In this document: positions 26,026-37,462 of the stretch, one piece after another | Position numbering within the stretch: position 1 is the first letter of the stretch | How the letters are laid out: each line of letters opens with the position of its first letter | NCBI GenBank assembly: GCA_976551045.1 | Contig: CDPCPM010000149.1 | Coordinates: 3,596,001 to 3,660,000 of the forward strand | Direction: 5' to 3' | Source: Glaucostegus cemiculus | Taxonomy: Eukaryota | Length of the DNA: 64,000 nucleotides | The notes under the pieces: generated by a model | What the model was told of the DNA's origin: nothing | Database searches by the model: none | What the model saw: only the letters and a program-made list of their open reading frames with translations | Position numbers and translations under genes: made by a program

Positions 26026-28688
26026 CGCTGGGTATTTCGGGCCTGAACATCGCAGGAAATCTTGTGCCTGGCTCATTTTTCTCACTTTCAGGCCAAATTC
26101 AAGGGAGTGCAATCCCCTTATACATAAATAAATGGTACCCAGGTCTCCACTTCTTACTGTTTCTACTTGCCAATACCGCTGAAGTTTGTTGTTTCTGAAA
26201 GCTGCAGCACGTTAAATATTTTTCTGTAGTAAAATATTTGTATCTAGTATCTTTTTTTTATCCTGAAAGCTATCTGTTTGCGACGCATTGTAATTTCTTC
26301 TCAGGTACTATGAGAAAACAATGTCTTGCAATATGTTTTATAAACATATTTAATGTTCTTTTCTGGGATAAAGCTTTCCTTCAGTTTTTACTGAATACTA
26401 TTTATTATCGAATTAAATTATACCGTATAGCTAAGCGAGAGTCTGCGACTCTAGCCAGAGCTTATGATTCTATTATAGGTCACTTCTGTGAAAATAAACA
26501 TTTCTGAAGTCATTTTCCGTGCAAAATATGCAAACTACAAAACTAGTAAATAATGTAATTCCACATGTAGAACAAGTTATTAATAGTGCGTTCCACGCAT
26601 TCATTCCCTTACCGAAAATGGGCACATAAAACTTCCTCTTTAAAATAGGCACGTTAGTTCACGAACAGTCAATATAAAGCAGATATCTTTAATGGGAGCT
26701 TATTATATTTATTTAAATCACTTAAGTTAATATACGTTTACACACGTTTATATAGAGTATATAACATATTATAGATACGAATCCAGAACTGAAGCTTGCT
26801 GTCAACATCTTTTGCATACTTGCAGTGCGACATATGAGTAAGTTAGAAAACTATCAATAGTTGATCCATTTCATTTATCAATCCAGGTATTACAACAAGC
26901 CCGCTGAATATGGGAATAAAATACAATTTTAAAATACTTGGCAAATGCAAATTGACAAATGGAAGTGAACATAAAGAAAGTTGGAGTTTAATTAAAATAT
27001 TTATTTGTTTTTCAATAAATAATAATCGCTTTGCATTGATTGCAGCTGAACAAAATATATTGAATTGATGGGTAATATAGCTCTTGGAACAGGAGACATA
27101 CGAGGTCGGAAAATGAATCTCTCTGAGCTGTCCAGCTCCCAATCTCCATTGCCTTCTTTTGTTTTCCCGTGAAATTTCTTGAGCACAAAAGAAATCTGAG
27201 CAATATTTGTGCAGATACTGCTTCTTTCTAAAATTAAAAAAAAGCTCTGATAAAAGCTAAATGCTCGTTTTAAAATGGGTACTTTGACGAAAACAGCACC
27301 TGTACATCAAAATGTGATGGACTCATGAACATTTCAACTTATGTTTCATTCGGACATCTATGTGAGTTAAATAAGATATCCATTTATCAAATTCTGTTGA
27401 GAAAGTTCAAGTCCAGTAAACCGTAGGAAATTGATGTGTAGAACAGATACAGAACAGAACTATTTGAAAGACAGTTGTTGGGTTAACGTTACAGAATCTG
27501 AATGCGACGAAATCAAATCACTTTAATATTAACTAAACGTTCGGTTTGAAATTCCCTACACATAGGATTGAATGGAATTTATTTCAGCCCAATTTAGTGA
27601 GAAAATTAGGTTAGGTTACTGGTCACCAAATTATCTTTTGTATTGTTGGTTCTTTGAAGACCACTTTAATATCTTGTAATCGTATCTTAATATCTTAACT
27701 CATAATAGCGTGTGGTTGACGTTTCAGTTCAGTTCAGTACAGTGGAAAGAAAGTTTATTTAGTGCACATCAGAACTTTTTCTCTGCCTTCAGCGTGAGAT
27801 AAAACCGACCTGAAATATTCAGTGTACAGTAACAAGGTAGAAGCTGTGCGGATATATCACAGTACTGGCACCGAGACAAAAACCTTCCCACTCAGGTGAG
27901 AGCAAGACTGCAGGAGATGGGAGAGAGGTGACGGTGGCGCTAATTAACAAGTCTGGGGTGCAGTCGAGTAAAGCAGCGGCAAACACCTGAGTTCCACCAA
28001 AAAAAAACTGAGTGGGGCTGATAGTGGTTGAGATGGGGGAAGGGTGATGTTGAGAGAGAAGGTTAGAGCAGCGGGAAGCGCCAGCCCAGACGTTTTAAAA
28101 ACAAATGACCTTCCAGCGTATTATTAGTCTACCTGCACAGGAACAGCTTGTAACCAACAAAAGTCCTTTGGTTAAAGATGTTATGTCACATTCGGCAATT
28201 CTTGTTTCTCAAATCACACACGTTACCAGAAAACTGTCCAAATCCTGTGCATTTTATTCATGTAAATGTTCCAGTTCATACAGTTCAGATAATAGTACAA
28301 TCAAGATATTAAATAAAAAAAGGGTTCCTATATAGGTTGGCCATGTATAAACTTTATTAAATGTTTTAAAGTCTGGTAATTTTGTTTTTGCTATGACTCC
28401 ACACACTGATGGAGTGGACGCAGATACAACCTGAATGGCACTTCAGAAAATATACTAAATTGACCTTCTGTGGATAAGTTTCCAACGCCGTAGATCGACT
28501 GGAATAAAGTTGATCAGGTGGTTCAGAAAGGAAGCCTGACACAAGTTGTTATTCAGGGTTCGAGGAAATTATTTGACGATTTTTTTTTCTGTAGTGACTA
28601 AGAAGTTAAAATTCGCACAAATATTCAAATTAAATTTGACATAGATGAAAAAGACTGAAGGTGTTAAGCGATAACTGAGAACTGTACC

Positions 28689-28740
28689 TGTGTGTGTGTG
28701 TGTGTGTGTGTGCGTTAGAGAGGGATAGAGAGAGAGAGAA
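28689..28740. repeat. Compound (TG)n-(AG)n microsatellite
   Basis: Direct reading of the sequence. Confidence 0.9.
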
Positions 28741-31700
28741 AAGCAGAGCTATATGGGCATGGGAAAAAAGCGATCTTATTATAGAAATTAAATCGAAAAC
28801 TAGAATATGAAAATATTCTAATGTGCGCGAAATGTAATCCTCGCGCTCTTTTCTGATGTTAAAGTGTATTAATAACGCTCTATTTTCTGTAGATATTGTG
28901 ATAATGGTTCAAGGTAAAGAGATTAAAGTTACGCTTACTTCAGCATTTCAAATTGCATTTTACCCTTCATCAGTTGTAATATTAATGTTTTGTTTAAAAA
29001 TACAAACCATTTCAAAATACTTTTCCACGGCAAGTAAATGATAGATCAAAATAAATAGCTTTTCTAAAAAAAAGGCTTCAAAATCTAAAAATCACAGTTC
29101 CCCAATCCAACTTTTGTGAGCTGGCAGAAAAATCTAAATTAAACTGTTTTATGAGCAGTTTATTGAAAATATAAAAATGAAAGCATATTTGGTCAGTATC
29201 AATTAATATTTTGTCATTTCTCCAACATATAAATATTGACAAACGGGCACAGTTTTATCTCCATTAAGTTAAAATATATAACTTTGTTTGAAAATAAATT
29301 GGAACTGTGTGGAATATATAGAAAATAAAAGTCTTTGCAATGAAGTATATCTGTAGTTAAAATCATTAATCAAATTAGTTTTTACGAAGAAATTTACATA
29401 ATCTGAGTGGCTCTAGTTTAAACCGTTAGCTGTTATACATGGATCGTATTTTACGGAACTACTTTGAAGTAAAACTAAAAAGACTGAAATCCCCACGTAC
29501 ATTTTAATCTCTATTATTACTGACTAATAGATTTCAGTTACTAAGAAGCGATGTAAAGGTTTCTACATCTCTTGAAGAGACACAAATATTCTTTTTTCTC
29601 TCTCCGAGAGACAGAGAAAAACAAATCCCTAAGAAACTTTATATAGCTTCTTAGATTTTCCTTAGCATACATGATAAAACATTGATTGTTGCAGTTTGGT
29701 GACCCATGAAATTTGGAGGTTAGTTTTCACTTCAGACTATAGCATATAATTATGCAAATAAAGAGCTGTCACTGATCTAGTGAATAAACTCACAAACACG
29801 AAGAGTGCTCGCACTAAAAAAGGTTGAATCTAAAAGGTGAATCTTTCGCTATAAAAATATATGTTAAAACACCAACGTTAATGTTAGCAGTTTTGATGCA
29901 TATGGGATAATTGCTACTGGAAGATCTGGTAGAACATATACCGTGTTCTTCAGTAGTATCTGTCAATCACTCAGAGGTACATTCAACTTTTTATTTTGCA
30001 TTTTTAATTGTTCTGATTTTTTTTTGTAATTTCATTGATTTCATTACCGATATCTACAAAGAACAGTTCGCTGCAATCGGACACTTATTTCTTGCTATGT
30101 AATTCGTAATCTCGATCATTCGCACGCCGACGAGTTTTCTTTTGGCAGAAGGATGAATGGCAATGTTCATTATTATCTTTTACATTCTTAATGGGGGTCT
30201 CATGATTTTATACGTTTTAACTGCTCTTTGAGCATCACCCCTAAGATACCGATTCTTGTGAATGCATCCGATCATTTCCAACAAGTGATAAGGATTACAC
30301 CTCATTGTGCTGAATCCATGATTACATTCTTATGACCATTGCTTCAATCCAGTCATAGAGTCACACCGTTGTGTGTGAGTATCATCAGAATTCGGCGTTA
30401 CCTCGCAGTTTCCTAATCTGTAAATATACAGGAAGGCTAGTGAGGTAGCAGCTAGTTATTTGTTTTATTGCTGTGTTTTGATATAGGTGTGCACAAAATT
30501 ATTCTACCCATGTTACTGATTTCGGGGGTAACTTTTCATAGAAAGCGAGAACCTCTGCTTATTTTTTTTTTGCCATAGTTTTCGATCATCTTGTGTTCTT
30601 TCTTCAATTACAAAACACCTGAAACGAGTTTAAAAACATATAATAAAAATACCTGTGACCCATCTTTGCAGGTTTGGAGATTTTTCTTTTATTGCAATGT
30701 GCAATTACATTCTTCTTTAACCAATCCTTATCTTCAGTTATTGACACCAATTTAATATTAAAGCGGTGGCCCGACTTGGGTTAACCATTTTGAATATGAT
30801 AGGACGAGTTAAAATTATTGCACTTCGACAGAATGTAATAATGATACTGATCGGAGATAGGTTGATCGGAGAAAAAAAAATTTCACAGGACCAAACACTC
30901 GTAGATGCAATGCAAGTATTTACACTGCTTTATATGCAGCATTTAGTTAGACAGCGATAGCTATATAAATTCATATTCAAACAAGTAATTGAGTTCTGGT
31001 ATTTTGCGCCAGACCTATAGGTTATCAAATGGTGTTTTGGGTTAAAAGTTCTCCCGCCTTTGTTATATCGAACTGTTATGAATTTTAGGACGACATAGTG
31101 GATCCTTAATAATTTCTCCCAATAATACTAACAATTTCAGATGTATCTAAAGTGCAGTAAACAATGGTAATTAAACAGTTCAAACTAATGGATGTAATTT
31201 CCATTTCCAGACGCAGTACTTCTCCCCCCCCCAACTTAAACTATTTAACCACTGGATGTTCTATTACGTTCTGCTTTAACCAAAATTTCATTAAAAGAAA
31301 CTTGAAGGAACAAACCTACTTTATTAAATCTGGAGGACTGCCTATTATTGCCAATCCAGATTTCATAACAGAATTCATCAGTTTTCCAGTGGTAAAATAC
31401 TGGAGTGCAGGAAAGTTGGTCTGACCCCTACAGACAGGTGGGAGATGAGTAATGTACCTGCATACAAGTAATGTTATATTTCAAAATCAAAACTAGGTGG
31501 GCTTATTGTTACATGCAGAAAGAAAGCACAATTAGTATGTTGTCTGTGTTTTAACTTAAAGTCAGGAAATATGATTAAAATGCAAAATTTTTAAATGCAA
31601 CACCCTCCTCAGCATTGAATTTGGGGTAGTAGTTTCATAATTATCAATGTAGTACTTTAGATCACATTATATTTCTTTGCAATTTATTCAAATGCAATGT

Positions 31701-34700
31701 CAAATCATTTTGGAAGTATAAATGTTTATTCATTTTCAAATGGTGGGAATTCTAACATTTCATTTAAATGGGGGAAACACATCCTTCCCTGTAAATTATA
31801 CTCTGAATTTAAACTGTATTTTTCCTCTTTTCCAGATAACTTACTAGGGTAAAAGGAAGAAAGGACTCAAAGGCTTTGTTCCCTGTTGCACCACACAACC
31901 GAGAGGGATTACTGGGTTTGAAAGCAATCCTAGCACTGAGGTTAAGAAATAATTGAGTTAAATGAACTTTCATTTCAATAATCCCAACTGATAACACTGT
32001 CTGAAAGTACCAAGCCATTTTCATTTTCAGTCCAGATATTGGAATCATCAGGTGACCTCTCTTCCTGCTTGCATCTCCCAGACTACATTTCACTGTATCC
32101 TGAGATAGCCATGCAGTGAACTTGGGTTAAACAAGAAATAGAATAGGTTTTTTTTGGATACTGTAAATATTTGAATGGACTTTAGTTTGAAAGTATAATT
32201 AAGAAACAGCTGCTTTGAAATGTTGTGCTGGGTAAATAGCATCCTGTCTGCACACTTTTTAATGAACACGAGCAACTTCGTTTCAAACTCGGGAAGGAAT
32301 TTGGTGGTATGATTTCCTCCAACTGATTTGCGACAGCAATGACTGGTAGATTTATCAACAGGTAACTTCCTTTTATTTTTTTCACTTTAAAGATCAACTT
32401 AATAGTTAATTCAACAGGGAAATTCAATAAAAATATCAGAACTTTTAAAAAAAGATTTGCTTTTTATGGAACAAACTGCAATTTCAAGAGCAAATTCAAC
32501 CCAAAGACATTTCTAGGCTCGAAACGAAGATATATCATTATTCTAAAGCGGTACCATCCACTTGAATCTGACACTACTATCTTTCAGATCCCGCCTTCAG
32601 ATTTACAATGCCTTGTGCTATTTGAAGATTGTCATGTCTCATGTCAACAAATTACCTTGCTTTTAATGTGAAAATTTTAATTGATAAACACCACTGACAA
32701 CAGGGTACTGAAACTAAAGGTGATAAAGACCTTGATTTTGATTCAGATTTTTATTTTAATATTGCCATTTGGAAGTAAAATGCTTAACATCAGAGAAAAG
32801 CAAGAGTTGATTTATGGACTGGAGAACGCAACTTTTCATTTCAGTGTTTCAGTTTCATAAGTGGATTTGAAAACTATCAAAAATAAAAAATCACAGTTCT
32901 GCTTTAAAGGTTTCTGGTTTGAAAATTCATTTTCCTTTAGATTTTCCCCTTACTGCCCCCATTCACAATTGCATGGAAAGCTCCTATTCACTTAATGCTG
33001 TCACTCATCCTAAGCTTTCATCTTGTCGAGGTGATTTCTTTCCTTTATGATAGTTTTCAAAAGTAAGCCTGTAATATTTCAAAATCCAAGTAGTTACATT
33101 TGCTATTACAAATATAACAGTTTAAGCTCAAAATAGAAAGGACTATGCAACAGAACAAATTGTGTAAGTCAGTGACTGAAAGCTTTTTTATAGATACCAA
33201 TTTTCCCTTTACTTTTGTCTTGATAATGATGAAATTAAATGCAATTAAAGTTACTAATATTTAATTATCCATTTCTGCATTTTATTGATTGTAGAAACAA
33301 TATGAAACAATGTTGATTTCGATGGAGATTCACAGATAAGTTAACACCATCAATTAAAATGCTTGCATTTGAGGTTAATCTAGTTCATTTTTCAATTTTC
33401 ACATTTAAACTCCAAGTACACCTAAAGAATGAAGTCAGATGTGGAGGTGGGAAGGAGTGGGGGGGGGGGGGGGTTGGTGGGTGGGCAGGTAATAGGGCAC
33501 ACATTCTGTGGGGACTTGTGTCATTTGGCAGAGAGTGCTGGAAATGTCAAATGACTGTAAACTTCAATCAAAGCTCCAGCAGCAAACCTCCTAACCTGTC
33601 TCTAAGGGAGTGAGCTACGCATGCACCAAAGCAGCTACCAGAGGCTTCCCCTGGGTCCTTTTTCCTATTCACATAGCCTGACGAAGCTCTTCAGCCATTC
33701 AGAGCACTAGCAGCATTATAAACCTGAACAAATCACTTGAATTAATGACTTTGTACTCTGCTTTCAACCTATTCCATATTTCTCAAACTTCATATTGCTA
33801 AATATTTAATCAAAAGAATGTATATTAATTCTCATCTAACATTTTTGTGCTGTTCTTCTGCCTTGAATCTATGCAATGCATAACAGGAATTTGAATATTC
33901 TAAATAATCTATTCCCTCTTTTGTATTAGATCATGTTCTAAAGCACTGCAAAAAGATCCAATTTTCAAATGATCAAACAAGGTAATGAGTAATTACTCCA
34001 AGGATTTTCATAAGCTGGTCCTAAAACACACTTTACATTAGTCAAATTTTACAATTTGGTGTGTCCTAGATTTTAGCAGAATCCCCAAGCTGCTCGATAG
34101 CCAATGAATCACAGCTCTGCGAGCAAAAACTAGCAAAGTGTAAAACTGGAAAATGAACTTCCAGTTCAGATGATGGAGCAGGAACTAAACTTGCATTAAC
34201 ATGCAATTTATTGTGTTCTTGCAATTTGTAACATTACTTCCTTAGGAAGCAATTTTATTTTTACTGTAACATTTGAACTATTATGGTATCTTTTAAATTC
34301 AGTTATAGGCTGGAGTTAATTGAAAAGGACAATGAAATATCACTTCAAACAAGAATGACAGTGCACATTTCATTTGACTTAAAGTGTCAATATATTTTTT
34401 GCAGTAAAGGGTTTAAAAGTTAATTTTTAAAAGGAAGTACACAGCAAATGGTTAAAAGCAAGAAAGTGTAAACATTATAACAAACATAGAGCAAAAACAT
34501 TTGAAGTGGTCTTTCAAACATATCATGTTCCTTGAATATTTTGACAAAATGTGCTATCCTGGCTCCCTTGTTTGTACTGTCCAGTCTTCAATCTAGTTTA
34601 AAAAATTCAGCTAGTCACTTAAAAGGTGCAACATAATGTCTAAGTAGATATTAATCAAATCATATGTTGGGTACAGACCTCTGGATTTAGATTTGATCTA

Positions 34701-34979
34701 ATTACTGCGTTTTTTTATGAGAAAAATAGCTTCAGTTTATGTTGGCCAACTGACAAAAATTCACAGTGATTCCAATTTACCCAACATATCCTTAAACATC
34801 CTTGAGCTTTAAGAAGTACTTCTGATTTATTTTGAAAAACAAACACACAGCTTCAGTAATATCAAGTTACTTTTAAGCAGAGGCAAAAAGTGACAGCTGG
34901 CATCACCAAAAACAACTGTCATCTTTAGCGACTTAAATGCATTTGAAATCCCTTGAAAATTATGACAAGGCCTGAGTAC

Positions 34980-35414
34980 GTGAAAGGAAAATGTTGAGTA
35001 GCTGTGATTTCTGGCTATTTTAAAGGCTGCTGTACATAGGCCGACAAAAGAGAAGCTGTCTCTTTAATGAAGAATAGTTGGCAGGCATTAGGACGTGGGG
35101 GAAGCCAATAGCCCCATGGCATTAGCTCAGTGCAGGGCTGTGTCAGGGCAATTAGAGCCGCTCTGTGCTGCACTGTGCAGAACTGCTGTCACTCTTAATC
35201 TGCGCACCGATCGGTGGCACCAAATCTGAGCTCGGGACCACAGGAAACACAACCGGCAGACCCATATTGCTTTGACAGTTCCGCTCATCTAGAAATAATG
35301 CAAAATGCTATTTAGATGTATACACCATGACCCTTTGCTCCAAAAAGAAAACAATCTAATGAGGGATTGAGGGGCTGCCAGAGCAAAACAAATGCAGGAA
35401 GATAGTATTTTGCT
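34980..35414 (-). promoter_or_regulatory. Proximal ARB2A 3' UTR; candidate conserved non-coding element
   Basis: Immediately 3' of the ARB2A stop; locally GC-rich and CpG-retaining within CpG-poor flanks; motif-dense. The UTR end is not determinable. Confidence 0.55.
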
Positions 35415-35566
35415 TCATAATTCTTCACTTTTCTTTCGGTTGGAGCTTCTTGTTATCACCGTTGGCTTAGATTTTGTTTCAGCGTTCTGTGCCTCTAAAG
35501 CATGACTGAAATACTTGAAAATAGAATTAAAACTCTTCCAGGAAGTTAGCTCATGCCGTTCTGTAC
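35415..35566 (-). CDS. ARB2A: ARB2A/FAM172A terminal coding exon (G)[49 protein letters not shown]
   Basis: Minus-strand acceptor ...tttctag|GTACAGAACGG (AG at 35568-35567) preceded by a pyrimidine-rich tract; 152 nt to TGA (35417-35415). Matches the recalled human FAM172A C-terminus [20 protein letters not shown]...RRSHRIKHEEL. FAM172A is the known convergent neighbour of NR2F1. Confidence 0.93.
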
Positions 35567-37104
35567 CTAGAAATGAGTGAAAAAGGAATACAGTTAATGT
35601 CTATTTCCATGGTTTATGTGATACTGTAACATATAGGGAAATTACAATAAGGACCAGGTATTAACAGAACAGCACTAAACGACATACTAGTAGTGTTCCT
35701 TTTTAACAAAAATATACACTCAATTGCAATCCATCTAGAAATAACTATTCTGGATAAAATATATCCAATCTAAAAGTCTACAATTCCTTTTGGAGCATTT
35801 TACACAGATTTAAACAACTACTCAGTTGTTCTCAGAACCAGATGTATCTGAAACACAACATTAGTGATGTGACGATCCAATTGCTAATTTTGCAACAGGC
35901 CAGCCTAGTCTGAAAACTTAAAAGGGCTTTGAAAGATGTTAGCACATCAAGCCAATTCAGAAATGGAGCCACATTTTGTAACTGTACTCAGCATAAGGAC
36001 ACAAGAGGTTCCAAATAAAAACAGCAACATGCTCCATGAATGGTGTCATTGGATATTACCAAGTGACCTTGATGAATTCTTGGATTTGAAATGGCTTACC
36101 GAGTCAATGCTGGGGGGAGATATCAGTGGAACTCCCATTTCAGTCTGCCTATTTCACAAGACCACATAGCTTAATTGATACACGGCCCTTTTGTATGTGA
36201 ATTGTTTTACCCTTGACTCTATGTGCCTTATTCAAGCAAAAGTGCACAGCGAATGCAGAACTAAAATAGAACAAACTATTTTCCTTTCATCCTTAGGTTC
36301 TTTGTCCGAGAATAACTGTGAAACACAAAATCCTGATTCAAGTATAACATGTCTTGTAATTATCAGCTTTTAATGCGTGCACATGAAACTTGGCCATTAC
36401 ACAGCCAAGTTTCATCTAGAGACAGAAGCACATTCTCAAACTCTAATTACTTTTGTGTAAAACAAAGGATTTTCATAACTGTTTTCTGTTTTGTTTATTA
36501 TGAATTACCAAATAAATGATTAAATGGGCTGTGACACAAAGATTAGCAAATTGACCATTTTTATCTGTAGTTTACAGAAATCCTGGTCCAAGTGTAATCC
36601 TGATGAAGCATCACATTTACAGGAAAACTAGCTGTGCATTTATTGGCATTCCACTATTTTAAAAAAATAATAATGCCATTCTGTTCCTTATTTCTGTAGC
36701 AGTGGATATCCCTGAACATCTGGTTTTAATTCATCATACTAGTTGAAATAAAAGCACAACTTGTAATTTAAAAAAAAGAAAAAGTTTTGACTTTTATAAA
36801 TTATAAGAGGCAGCCTAAGGTAAAAGGCTACAGCCGAGATCAGAAAGTGCTTTCCCCAATGGCAATAGGTGTTCACTGACTTTCCTCTTTGAAAAAAATA
36901 GGCATCCAGGCTGCTAAAGGCAAGAACTGTCATCAGATCTAAGCACGGTTACAGCACTGTTTGCAGGATGGCAGATTTGGCTACATTTTGTGCGTTTGTG
37001 AATAAAAGGAAAATTTTCTTTAACTTAATAGCATTAATATCTTCAACCATTTAACTGTCAACAGCACTGATTTCAACAAACGAACAAATGTACTGCTCTA
37101 AGCG

Positions 37105-37462
37105 ATGTACAGGTATAGCGGTCAAGTTACCTATCTGTCGGAGTTCTGGACTACTGATCCTGAGTCATGAATTTGAATTTCATCATAGATGTGGAAATAT
37201 AAATTAAGTAATAAGTCAGGAATTTAATACAAGCTGCTTGCAGTAAAGGTAAACACAAAATTGCTGTGTTTTCAAGGAACTCATCTGGTTCGCCAACATC
37301 CTTCAGGGAAGGTAATCTGCCATCCTTAGCAGGTCTGGACTAAATGTGACTCCAGGCCCATCGATTTGATTGCTTCTAACGCTGCCTTCTCAGTTCAGGA
37401 GCAACTAGGGTTGGACAATAAATGATGGCATTGCCTGTGACATTTACATCCTGTGAGTGAAG
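37105..37462 (+). mobile_element. Degraded tRNA-derived SINE of a common chondrichthyan family; first recognisable TE in the window
   Basis: Internal ...catctggttcgccaacatccttcagggaaggtaatctgccatccttagcaggtctggactaaatgtgactccag... and tail ...ctagggttggacaataaatgatggcattgcc...catcctgtgagtgaa resemble an abundant shark SINE (from memory). Confidence 0.6.
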
